A stretch of 60,355 nt of DNA, counting the filler, from Sphacelaria rigidula (Eukaryota): NCBI GenBank assembly GCA_964200075.2. It is 10 parts of 10 records of this genome, joined end to end, with 100 filler letters (N's around TTAATTAATTAA, not from the genome) between each part and the next. Parts side by side here need not be neighbours in the genome. Positions count along the whole stretch, not along the records: positions 48,367 to 54,311 come from CAXNAA020023306.1; positions 54,412 to 60,355 come from CAXNAA020023307.1; 8 more parts are not named here. One strand, given 5' to 3'. The notes beneath the pieces were generated by a model that searched no databases, was not told the DNA's origin, and saw only the letters and a program-made list of their open reading frames with translations. Positions within the stretch are counted from its first letter, which is position 1; each line of letters begins with the position of its first letter. Made by a program: the position numbers and the translations under genes. Of the stretch, positions 50,228-60,355 are shown piece after piece.

Positions 50228-50874
50228 CTCCAAAATTCGACATTCTCCCGCCAGATCTGCTCCAAGAAAACCTCGGGAACTTCCGCCCTGAACCTCTTCC
50301 TCCTCTGTCTCCGCCTGCGCGGCCGGACACCCGTTGCCATCGCCTCCGTCGCTGCCGCATTGCTTCCTCCTTCGTCATTTCGCCCCTTCGCCGCCTCACC
50401 CACAACCACACCACTTTTGAGTCCCCAACCCGCGCTCGCCACCGGTGCGGCCTTCACGACACCCGCTCCATCGGCCCTACCGTCGCTGTTCTGCCCACCG
50501 CCTGCTGATATACCTCCGACGGTCGTGTTCTGTTCACCCGACGGAGATGGGCGTAGCTTTGGTGGCGGCGGAGGGGGGGGCGGCGACACGCAGCGAGAGG
50601 AGGACGACGCGGACGACATAGACGTGGCTGCGAGCTGTTGTTCTAGCTCGGATACCCGTGGGTCGTCTTGTCGCTCTTGTAGTTGCTGCTGGGGTTGGGA
50701 GTGACTACAGGCAGCGCTCGGAAGCGCCTGTCTGTCGTAGACGAGAAGGAAGGCGTTGCGGGTTCGCTCCCGCCTCCAGTTGCTGCCATTACCACCGCCC
50801 CCGTGTTGCGGATTGCGGGGGTAGGTGCTATACTGAGACGTTTCCTGGCCCCCGAAGCACTCAGCCTCCATGTC
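50228..50874 (-). CDS. USP-like protease exon (end of catalytic domain plus low-complexity insert)
   Basis: DMEAECFGG...RNAFLLVYDR...IWRENVEFW(R); canonical AG/GT boundaries. Confidence 0.88.
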
Positions 50875-51530
50875 CTGAAGCGCCAAAGTCCGAGCAACCG
50901 AAAGCGCGAGAACGGCGGAGGCTGGGTGCGTGATGATATGCACAGGTCTGGTATTTTCTACTCAGACGAGCTTTCATCCTATGATACATCACACAGCTAT
51001 GCATCAACGGGCACAATATATCAAGTACACCCAACCCCGATGAGTTGACGAGTGGGCCCTGGTTCTCTCAGCTGCTCATGTTACTCCCGATCCTGCGGAG
51101 GGTATTCATCAAGAGTTCGTTATCTACCGCTCACAGTTATTTGACGAAAAAAAGTACGTTGGGGCCCCTCACTCGATCTACACAACAAAAAGCATTCCTT
51201 GAGAGCCTACCTCAGCCGAGATATTCATTCGACAGGGATACTGCTGCTCGACAAGACCGTCCATGGTGTTTAAATCGAAGCAAGCATTATTTTCCCGTTT
51301 TCGGTGCAGGAGGATCAAGGTCACCTGTGGGTAGGAATGTACCATCAATGAAGTAGAGGCCACGCGCTCGTCATCACAACGAGATGAGACGCACCCCGGA
51401 ATGCAAGGAGAGAGGTGGTATCTAAAGGCGACAACGAAGATAAACCATCGCCACCGCCCGTCTCAACAACAACCGAGAAATCCCAACGCGGTAGCCAACC
51501 GGAATCGATATCGACAACAAACACGCGGAC

Positions 51531-51719
51531 CTTGACATCAAATGCAGAGACGATAGTGTCATTGAACTCCAACCACTCGCCACCGCCATCTCGAGGGCGA
51601 ATGTAGCTGTAGTAGTGACCCGAGTTAGCCGTGCCCATGTGTACCACCACCCCTGCCAAGCGGTAGAGGTAGTAATCCTCGCCCTTGCCGCCCTCCTCTC
51701 GCTCGGTGTTGACGGTATC
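51531..51719 (-). CDS. USP-like protease exon with His box
   Basis: [36 protein letters not shown]; 63 codons; canonical AG/GT. Confidence 0.95.
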
Positions 51720-52213
51720 CTACGCAACAGAAAAGTTCCAGAGCGATATTTTTTCAGTTCTTCATTTCGTAGAAGTTAAATGAAAGCACAAAACATATTC
51801 ACGAGCATGGCGCTTGGAAAGTATGCTACATACCACACGTGCACGTTTTACGCCAACCCCTTCGCACTCCGTTCTTTGTCTGCACGCAATCTGCAGCCAC
51901 TCAGCACATCCAACAGAGAGTAAGCAACGCGTGGCACTCCCCTCCCCCCGCGTCCTTACGTCTCATCATCACAGTCCCGACAGTCACTCACACCGCTTAC
52001 CCCAACAAAATCGCCAAGCTCATCAAGGAGCGCCCAACGGCCGAGAGGGAAGGAGGGTACCCGTGTGCGCACTACGTGACTTGCCTCACGAATGGTCGAA
52101 CGTTCAAAACCACGTGCACACACTATAATCAACACTCAGTATTGAGCAGATGTTTACACACAACACGAGGAGCGCGTGGAGGACAAGATGAGCGACTTTT
52201 GCTCATACCTCAC

Positions 52214-52366
52214 CTCGATCTCGTCGCCGCTTTGTGAGAGCGATCCTTCGAGCGATCCTCGTGTGCTGGAGGACGATTCAGATTCAGCCGCAGCTGCTGC
52301 GGCACGTCCCTCCTTGGTGTAAGGGTACATGTTCAACTCCAGGGGAAACTCCAAGCGGTCGTTGAT
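52214..52366 (-). CDS. USP-like protease exon
   Basis: INDRLEFPLELNMYPYTKEG...; gcAG acceptor, GTGAG donor; 51 codons. Confidence 0.92.
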
Positions 52367-52554
52367 CTGCCCCGCCCCAGTTCCCATCCCCCGGTCGCCG
52401 GTGCGTGCGCCAAAATAAACGGAACAGAAACAAGACAAGCCACGGCGGAGAGACCGTTGCGGGATAACGCGAGATCAGAGTAAAGAGCACATGATTTAGG
52501 GAACGCACAGATTGCCTTCAATTTGTGAGGAACGTTCAGAACATGACATACATG

Positions 52555-52810
52555 CACGGTTCCGATGAATCATCGCCACTTCGAATCACCAACTCCACGA
52601 TTTCTTAGGCCTGATTGATCGAAAGAGAGGAAAAAGTCGACCGCTGGTCAAACAGGTCTCCGCGCAGCTTTGGCGCCATTCCACGTGCCTGGGCTGCGCG
52701 TACCTGGGTTGCAACGCCGAAAACAAAGCGTAAGGATTGATTCGTACCGTACGAATCAATCACACTAAAATCAAGTACTTTGGACGAATCATTAATTCGT
52801 CCGACCCTTG
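52555..52810. mobile_element. hAT-type MITE in a USP intron
   Basis: Homologous to 45457-45718; 8-bp TSD CATACATG/CATCCATG. Confidence 0.85.
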
Positions 52811-53542
52811 CATCCATGGGAAGATCAAACGTAAGCGATTCGTGATTACTGTACAGTACAGGTCTACTGTCCCGTATTTTACGATGTACACCGTCATCAT
52901 GCTCCATGCGAAGTACAAGGGCCTGCCAAACCACTGGAGGAAACGACAACTCTCTGTTTGTCTGTCCATATATCTGCCTCCGCGTTAGGAACCTCGGGTG
53001 CAGGCTGCTTGGTGCCTTTAAAAAGCACCTCCATGACAAATCACCACTCTTGTGCACTGTGCACCCTTGAACAAACATTGCAGGATCGGTGTACAATACG
53101 TGAGTTTTGTAGTTTCGTTGCCCAAACGAAGAATGGAAGAGAAAAATAATCTACTGTATGACATTACCTCCTCGCCCAAACGACCAACAGAACACACGTT
53201 GGTCTACAAAACATCTGGTGCGTCATATCATTAAAGGTGTTGTGACTGTGAAATTAGTTTCAGGGTTTCTTCTTATTTCGCTATTTTCCGGCTGAGCACG
53301 CACTATTTTTCGGCGTTCATATTCACAGCGTAGCGCACGCACACCGCAGTCTGCATTTACGACCATGCTTCGCCTCCGTAGTGTCTTCTACAGCTCCCAC
53401 CGTGATATCACTTTACGACATCACGTACACGCAGCTTTCTTGGAAAGTCACACCATATATACATGCACACACACATGCGCCATGATATGCGTCGCGTTTT
53501 TGCGAGAATGTAGTTGGGAGATTACTGACGAACGACAGTTAC

Positions 53543-53664
53543 CTTGGTTTGCTGCATGGTGTCAAAGTCGAAACCGAAGCGCTTCAGGTGAATCATCAGA
53601 TGGTTTGGCAGCGACTTGATCGAGCAACGCTTCCGGGTGTTCAGCGTTACCGCCTTGTGCTCGC
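53543..53664 (-). CDS. USP-like protease exon
   Basis: EHKAVTLNTRKRCSIKSLPNHLMIHLKRFGFDFDTMQQTK (LPxxLxIHLKRF motif); GTAACT donor joins in phase to INDRLEFP. Not in the supplied ORF track. Confidence 0.92.
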
Positions 53665-54246
53665 CTTTTCAAGAAACAAACAAAAAACCAAAAAACCATG
53701 CGAACATGCAAACAAACCACCGGAAAAAAGGAGATGAGTTCGAATGGGTATTCTGCAATAATCCCGCTCCACACACGGACATCTAGTGACGTGCTGACTT
53801 CATCGGGGCGGACATTGCACCCACTCCCCTGTGCACACTATTATTTGAAAAAACAATGGCTACACGGAGTGTGTTTTTGCGTTAAACGATTCTCATGTCT
53901 CGATCTCCGACCCTCGTACACGGCTAGAGCGGTGAGCTACTTTCACGTCCCGGATCCCGGCGGTACCTCCATCAACAAACGTCTCCTCCATCAACTCCTT
54001 GGGCGCGAGACCTCAATTAGGAATAATACCAACACCTGAGCTTCAACGTCTATAACCACGACCGACGCTACAGGCGAGCAGTTCCCCTCTTTGGGTGAGC
54101 AGTGCCCCAAATGACGACAACCATACGTACTCTATACTCCGCAGTCGATCAAGCTCTCACAGCATAGCGACTTAATTCTGTTTCCGACCGAAGCAGTCGT
54201 TTTTTTCCCCCAGCGTTTTTCAAGTGCTTTGTCCACCAGGCGGCCA

Positions 54247-54249
<3 letters not shown>

Positions 54250-54311
<62 letters not shown>
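54250..54311. repeat. (TG)n microsatellite (another at ~56857-56902)
   Basis: Directly visible dinucleotide run at the contig end. Confidence 0.97.
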
Positions 54312-55602
54312 NNNNNNNNNNNNNNNNNNNNNNNNNNNNNNNNNNNNNNNNNNNNTTAATTAATTAANNNNNNNNNNNNNNNNNNNNNNNNNNNNNNNNN
54401 NNNNNNNNNNNGACTGCCGTCCTGATGCCGAAGGAACTCCGAGGCTGGCGATGATTTTCTCTTGTATATGTAGGCAAGAAGTTGGGTCAGACGAGAAGTG
54501 GTCGCCAGGAGCGACTAGTACCTCGGGGGATGTTGGACCGTCCTAATGTTAGGCTCTTCCTGGCATCACCCTGAGTTCTCTACTTTTATTGGCATTACAG
54601 GGTCCTCGATAATCTGGTCCTTCCGGAACGTTCCTACCTTGTCCCTGCTTGCGCTGGTTCTTCATACATGTGTGGCATCCGTCTCTGATATGTCACTGCA
54701 AAGAGGTATCTTCCACATATGAACCTTATATCTTCCTCGGTACTCGTCTTCCATTTCACTGTCGGGTATTGGTTTTGGGTCAGTATTTCTGCATGTCGTG
54801 AACTCTGGATCAAAGCCGATTGTTTTCGCCAGGACAAATTTTCACGCCTAGTGTCGAGGGAAGCCTCCATTGTCCAGTGCATCCATTCACACAGCGCAAA
54901 CTCCTGTCGTTCGTTACGGTATAAGGAATTTCTGCAGTCGAGGCAAGTATCGACACACCTACTGCAGGCACACACCGATACTGGCGCCCAAATTGTGCGT
55001 AATATTTTTTTTCTTGTATGTTGGGGCTGCTTAGCTTTTTCTGTGTCTCTGCGATCCAGCCACGTATCTTCCCCGACCATGCACCAAACGTGCGCTTACC
55101 TGCTGTGTTGGAGATGGTGGGTCCCTGGCGTATTGTACCCCGTTGCTGTGGTTTGCAAGCCAGGGGCGGCCAACGCTTCCAGCTCCATCTCGACTGATAT
55201 CAATATGATGAGCAATACTGGGTATCACAACGCCATTTTTTCCCCTCTTCCCCCCCCCCCCCACCCCCTCGCGGCCCTCGCGCTTGATGATCGTGGACCT
55301 GATCCGGTGGAAACCCGGCGCGCTTCGTTCCGGCGTGCTCCGTCCCGGCGTTGTAGGGATGCGAGGTCGAAGGTCTCGTGACTACGTCATGCAAGATCAT
55401 GAACACACCCCTTCCCGCCCCATTGAGAGCCCCCCCCGACAAGATATGGGCTAGGCATGAGGAATAGAATAGAAACGACGGCTTTTGGGGAGAATTCATC
55501 CCGTGAATATGTACTTCCCCTCCCCTCCCCTGCCCCCTGTCCTGGTGACCTACACGCTGAAATCATCATGATAAACAATATCAATCCCCCCACTGCCTCC
55601 AG

Positions 55603-55908
55603 GTTCGATGGCCGTCGGGGCTGAACAAGATCAGTTTCGGGTACTGCTTCAACCAGGAGGTGGAAGGTGTTGCCTGGCCCGCAGGGCTGGTGCAGCTGAC
55701 CTTCGGCGGCTGTTTCGACAAGCCATTTGCCGGGGCGAAGCTGCCCGCGGAGACGAGGCGACTGACGTTCGGATTCGCTTTCAACCAGCCGCTTGGCGGG
55801 CTGAAGTGTCCGCCGCGACTGAACTTCGTGTCCTTCGACCAGCAATATATGTACGGACACGACCCAAGGACCACTTTCCCGGAGCCCATCGAGATCGAGA
55901 GAACCTAG
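55603..55908 (+). CDS. Terminal exon of an FNIP-repeat (22-aa LRR-like) protein
   Basis: tccAG acceptor; VRWPSGLNKISFGYCFNQEVEG / VAWPAGLVQLTFGGCFDKPFAG / AKLPAETRRLTFGFAFNQPLGG / LKCPPRLNFVSF... then stop; 22-aa period. Confidence 0.85.
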   Translation, partial: VRWPSGLNKISFGYCFNQEVEGVAWPAGLVQLTFGGCFDKPFAGAKLPAETRRLTFGFAFNQPLGGLKCPPRLNFVSFDQQYMYGHDPRTTFPEPIEIERT

Positions 55909-56529
55909 CGTATATATACACAGCGGATTTGACAAACCCTGTCAAGATGGAGAGTACGTCGAAACACATACATATATATTTTTTGGGGTTTGTACGTCTC
56001 GTGAGCATGGTTGGATTTTGGAGCGGATCGCAATGTGCGATAACCGATTTAACACATTTTGGGGCTTCGCCCGTTTGGCTTGGGCGAACAAAGAGGATGG
56101 TGTTTTTTTTGTCGCCAGAAAAGACGTTTTTGCATATGCTGTGGATCTCTGTGGATTATGAGGTTGCGGACGTGAAGGCCGTGCGTGTGTTGAGCAATAG
56201 GGCTGGCTCAGTGACGACTTCACAAAAAGGAAGGAGCGGCGGCGGTGATATGTACGAGTAGTAGGTGGCTCGGGGCGAGTAGAGGGATCAAGTCTCTTAT
56301 TGTCAGAGACAGGTGTCGAGCTTCCTCGCCGTTATGAAGGGGCTGTGGTTTCGAGGGATTGACAGGGGAACGAGGCAACAAGCCTCCGCGTGGCCTCTAG
56401 CTGGACCCTCCACGACAGCTTCTAGCTAGCGACGTCAGCATGGTGACCCGTCCTTGGTGGCATGACGAATTTCGTGGGGGACGACGGGTGTGGGTATGTA
56501 CAGTGAAAGTGGGGGGTACCTGGCATCGA

Positions 56530-56648
56530 CCCTCTGGGAACCCGTTGGCGATTTTCGTTCTTTCGAATCGGCGTCATTTTGGCTTGAAAATAACTGAAGA
56601 TTATGCCGAGTCATAAAAGATAAAAATCGTCAACGGGTTCCAAAAGGG
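56530..56648. mobile_element. piggyBac-type MITE (119 bp), related to 46661-46902
   Basis: TIR CCCTCTGGGAACCCGTTGGCGATTTT / AAAATCGTCAACGGGTTCCAAAAGGG followed by TTAA. Confidence 0.8.
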
Positions 56649-56852
56649 TTAAGGTGGATTGGTAAAGTTCTTTCGTCTGCGCACGATTTTGTGCTCTTCA
56701 TTTCGGTAGTGCTTCTCTTTATCTGTTCTTGCCGACATTCTGATGGTTTTGCACGTCGTTCCTTGTGGCGTGGGAATTCACGTCCTGAGAGGGAAATTCG
56801 ACCCCTGTTATCCTCGGATATGGCTGAAAAGCGAGTTCCGACAGGCGATGTG

Positions 56853-56904
<52 letters not shown>

Positions 56905-57975
56905 TATAGTGGATCTTATGGCTATACCGTAGGGAGGTGTACACACCCCGCACCTCTCTTGTAACATAACTTTTGTTTTTTGGTGTGTATATGTGTTTGC
57001 GTGTGTACGTGTGTGTGTACATGTTTTAATCTGTGGTGCTCCCGATGCATGCACTTATAACCGTGGACACAAGGAACATATTGGGCCGGAGAGTGAGCCC
57101 ATCTGGTCAGAGGCGGGTGTTGCTGTCGAAGGAATGATTGTATCACTCCTTGGCCACGCGGACCCAGACGCCAAGTTGGATGGGAGTGTTTGTTTCTTCA
57201 GGGGGGAGGAGGAGAAGGGGAGGCCGGCGGGGTGGAAGGGGCGTACCCATTCGTTGCTTGCCTTAAGTCATTCGACCACTGACCTTGCATCCCTCTCGAG
57301 GCGGAGCACCGTTTGGGAGGGACGGAGGGGCCGGGGGGGGGGGTACTGATGATCTGGCATCCCGTAGTCATATGACCAGTAACCTCGGAGAGGGGGCGGG
57401 GAGGTGGGGGGGATTGAAATGGCTGCTCTGAGCGGAGAAGCAGCGACTGCACGGTAGAGAAGGCCATTGTCCCTCACAGGCCGTTCAGCGGGAAGGAGGA
57501 TGGGGAGGAATATCAAAAGTTGCTGTGGGCTGAGCAGCAACGACTGCATGGTAGCGAAGCGCGTTGCCACGCACATGTCCTATGTCATTTTTATTTGTGG
57601 ATGCCCTGCGTGCAACAGTTATACATTGCATCACGGTATTTGGATAACACAGACATATTGCACTTTTATATATAAAATTCATGTAGATGTCTTCAGTGGG
57701 AGTCTTGGAGCGATGAGTTCACCTAGGAAATGTTGGCCTTGGCGTTTATTTTGTTTTTGTCTCTTTTTTAAATACATATATGGGCGATCAAATTTTTGCA
57801 GGGGCCGATGGGAACAAACACACACACCGGTCGCTATATGGTGCGTATGATATTCATTCATAGGTCGTCAGTCTTTGTCTGCGTCAGCAGTACGTTGTTT
57901 TGCGGAGAACTCATGAAAAAAACGCCAATAAAAAATGGAATGTTGGGGCTCTCGGTTAGAGTCATCCTACGATAC

Positions 57976-58160
57976 GGGGGGGGGGTATTTTGGGCCATTT
58001 GTTGCTCGAAATTCCGAGTCAGATCGTCGNNNNNNNNATAACGCTCATCCATACTGCCTGATACCGTTTGGAACCAAATACAATAAGCGCAACGCAAGTG
58101 TGGAACGATGTCTGGCACACTCATGAGCCTCGTTTTTCGTGCAACCAAATACCCCCCCCC
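57976..58160. mobile_element. MITE-like element with poly-G/poly-C termini (related copy 60085-60313; partial at ~42163-42221)
   Basis: GGGGGGGTATTTTGGGCCATT...ATAACGCTCATC...CCAAATACAA...AAATACCCCCCC shared between copies. Confidence 0.7.
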
Positions 58161-58389
58161 TCCATGGCAGGATGATTTGTTACGTGTTTTTGCCAGTTGA
58201 CAGGACTGGTAATACTAATAGATGTGATGATATTGAGATATCCCTACTGGTGGGCGGGTGGATTACGGATCCATGGGTCAGTAGCCTGTGTTGTTTCTAT
58301 AAGCGTGTGGAAGGGAGCTGGCGATTTACTTGGTATACCGTACTTACAACATGAGCAAGCGCTACACATGTATAATGGAATATCAGCTC

Positions 58390-59179
58390 TAGTGTTGGAT
58401 ATCGTATCGAAAGTTTCGATAGATTGTATCGCATCGAACTTATCGTTATCGTATCAAAAACATTTCGATAAAATGATAACGATAGGTTCGATACGATACG
58501 ATACGATACGATACGATGAATGTAGTGAAATGAAGCAAACTTGACAGACCACGGGTTCGAGATATCAAGCTAATGTGACGGACAGCAGGAACACAGAGCA
58601 CAGTGCTTTTCTACTAGCTTGCTTCGTATGGCGATCTGGCTTGTGCCACTGCTGCTGTTAGTGTCTTTTCGTAGCGTGTAACATGATTCATGACTCATAA
58701 CGCATGGATCATTCTTCACAGTAGAACATAGGATAAGGGAAAGCACAAAGGCCATTGAAGTGCATGTTTGTAGGTGCAGGTGCACGAGGAGTGGCGAGCA
58801 GAATACACAGAAGCCTTTTCTAGTGTTAGTGTGTTTTGTACCGACAAGTAAGGCATTGTTTAGCATACTGCGGGTGCAGTGTGATGATTAGGTTTTGTCG
58901 AATTTGGACACGTTTTCTCCTACTCTGGGAGAGCTTGATTACAGTAGGCCAACTTTTACAGGAAATAAAGCCATAAATCCCAATTTTCTTGTTTCCGGCG
59001 GCGCCTTCCGCGGGCCCCCCTCACGAGCCGGGGAGGGCCATCTGGGACTCGCGTAGCGAGCAGACGCGCTGCGCTCGCCGCGGTTCGACTTCGCCGAAAT
59101 TTATCGAAAATTATCGTTATCGAACGCTGAAATAGTCGATATCGTATCGACGTGCGGAATGATTCGATATTCAACACTA
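58390..59179. mobile_element. hAT-like non-autonomous element with CGATA/TATCG subterminal repeats
   Basis: TIR TAGTGTTGGATATCG / CGATATTCAACACTA; degenerate 8-bp TSD ATCAGCTC/ATCGGTTC; (CGATA)n run at ~58489-58517. Confidence 0.8.
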
Positions 59180-60355
59180 ATCGGTTCATCAAGCGATCTG
59201 AGTGTTTCAACGACGTTTTTTTCCCGGATTCACGATGCAGGATCTGCGATTGTGCTCCACGTGACAGCACTACTACGCGGTCGAAGTGCTTTACTGCGAA
59301 ATGGTCATTTTCCGTTCGAATCCATGTGTACCGATGCGACGTTGTATCTTGCTTCTTCGATATACACGAAATAAGAGTGTTGACAAATCTACTACTGTAG
59401 GCCTCAGGCAGGCTGACAGCAACAAGTGCTGGCAGGCACTTAATCAGGACCACCAGAAAAGTCGCAGCACCATCGAACGAGTTACGGGTGATGGGCAGGC
59501 TCGGCACGAACCAATTTAGTCCGCAGCAAAAAAATAAAAACATAGGTAAGACATCGAGATTTCGCAAATATGAGCGATGCTACGGTAAGAAGAGTGCACA
59601 AATATTATCTGGGGTTAGAGTTGTTAGGAGCCCTTCATCTCATGCAAAATAAGACTTATGAAAATATGTGAGAGTACGCCAGGATGACTACTCCAATGTG
59701 CTGGGGATATCCCGTACGAATTCGCAAACGGGGATGCCCTAGCCCATATTCTTGTGCATCTAGAATTGTTGGCAGCCCCTGAACCAGACGAGATTTCGTG
59801 CAAAAAGTGCACCCCTACCGTAGCATGGTTCATACAGCACATTACTCTCAAAGGAATGTGCTAACAACTATATTTTATTATAGTCGGCATCGATACGCAA
59901 CAACCATGGAGAATAGTCACTCACGGGAACGGAAAGTACTTCGAGGACACGTCGACACCGCAGTAGCCGTGGGCGACTAGACTATGCATACATACGATGT
60001 AGACGAGCACCTTGGAGTCATGCTACGATAGGGTGTACTCATGATCATGCATGCCATAGTCATAAGACACAAGACCACACGATAGGGGGGGGGTATTTTG
60101 GGCCATTCCTTCCAGGAAATCCCACTTCAAATAAATCTTCGTCGAGAGCAGCAACGGTTGTTCAAGCGCGCTTGTCACCGATGGATAACGCTCATCATTA
60201 TTACCGATTGACTCCGTTTTTACCCAAATACAAGTGCACCGCCAGTGTGTTAGGTCGTCTGACACACCTGTGAGCCCCTTTTTTCGACGAAGCAAATGAC
60301 CCCTCCCCCCCCCTTAGCCTGGTCCGGCGAGAACCCGGCGTGCTCCGTCCCGGCT

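Noticed and set aside
54981..54992. TGGCGCCCAA resembling a tRNA-Lys PBS
   Set aside because: No adjacent LTR or gag on that strand; a similar string occurs in the SINE body near 45379.

Overview
Eukaryotic, intron- and repeat-rich DNA, most consistent with a brown alga or other stramenopile (inferred from exon/intron style, a plastid y-type thioredoxin and FNIP-like repeats). The window is not one locus. It is 10 independent contigs of 5947-5944 bp, sorted by decreasing length and joined by 100-bp N44-TTAATTAATTAA-N44 spacers, so nothing should be linked across gaps. Host gene fragments: thioredoxin y (2 exons), a mitochondrial carrier (3 exons), DIM1/TXNL4A exon 1 with a probable GC splice donor, a USP9X/24/34-like deubiquitinase (6 exons) and the last exon of an FNIP-repeat protein. 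Mobile DNA dominates: two decayed copies of one Ty1/copia family (half-tRNA-type PBS, poly-Asn tract in gag-pol), Ty3/gypsy remnants, a probable solo LTR, tRNA-derived SINEs and many MITEs (hAT-, piggyBac-, PIF-like, foldback). The least explained structures are a non-coding 12 x 42-bp dyad-symmetric array just upstream of a gypsy gag-pol, and a ~200-bp TGT...ACA element with 5-bp TSDs and internal telomere-like repeats, present in three copies. All calls come from reading the sequence by eye; no searches were run.
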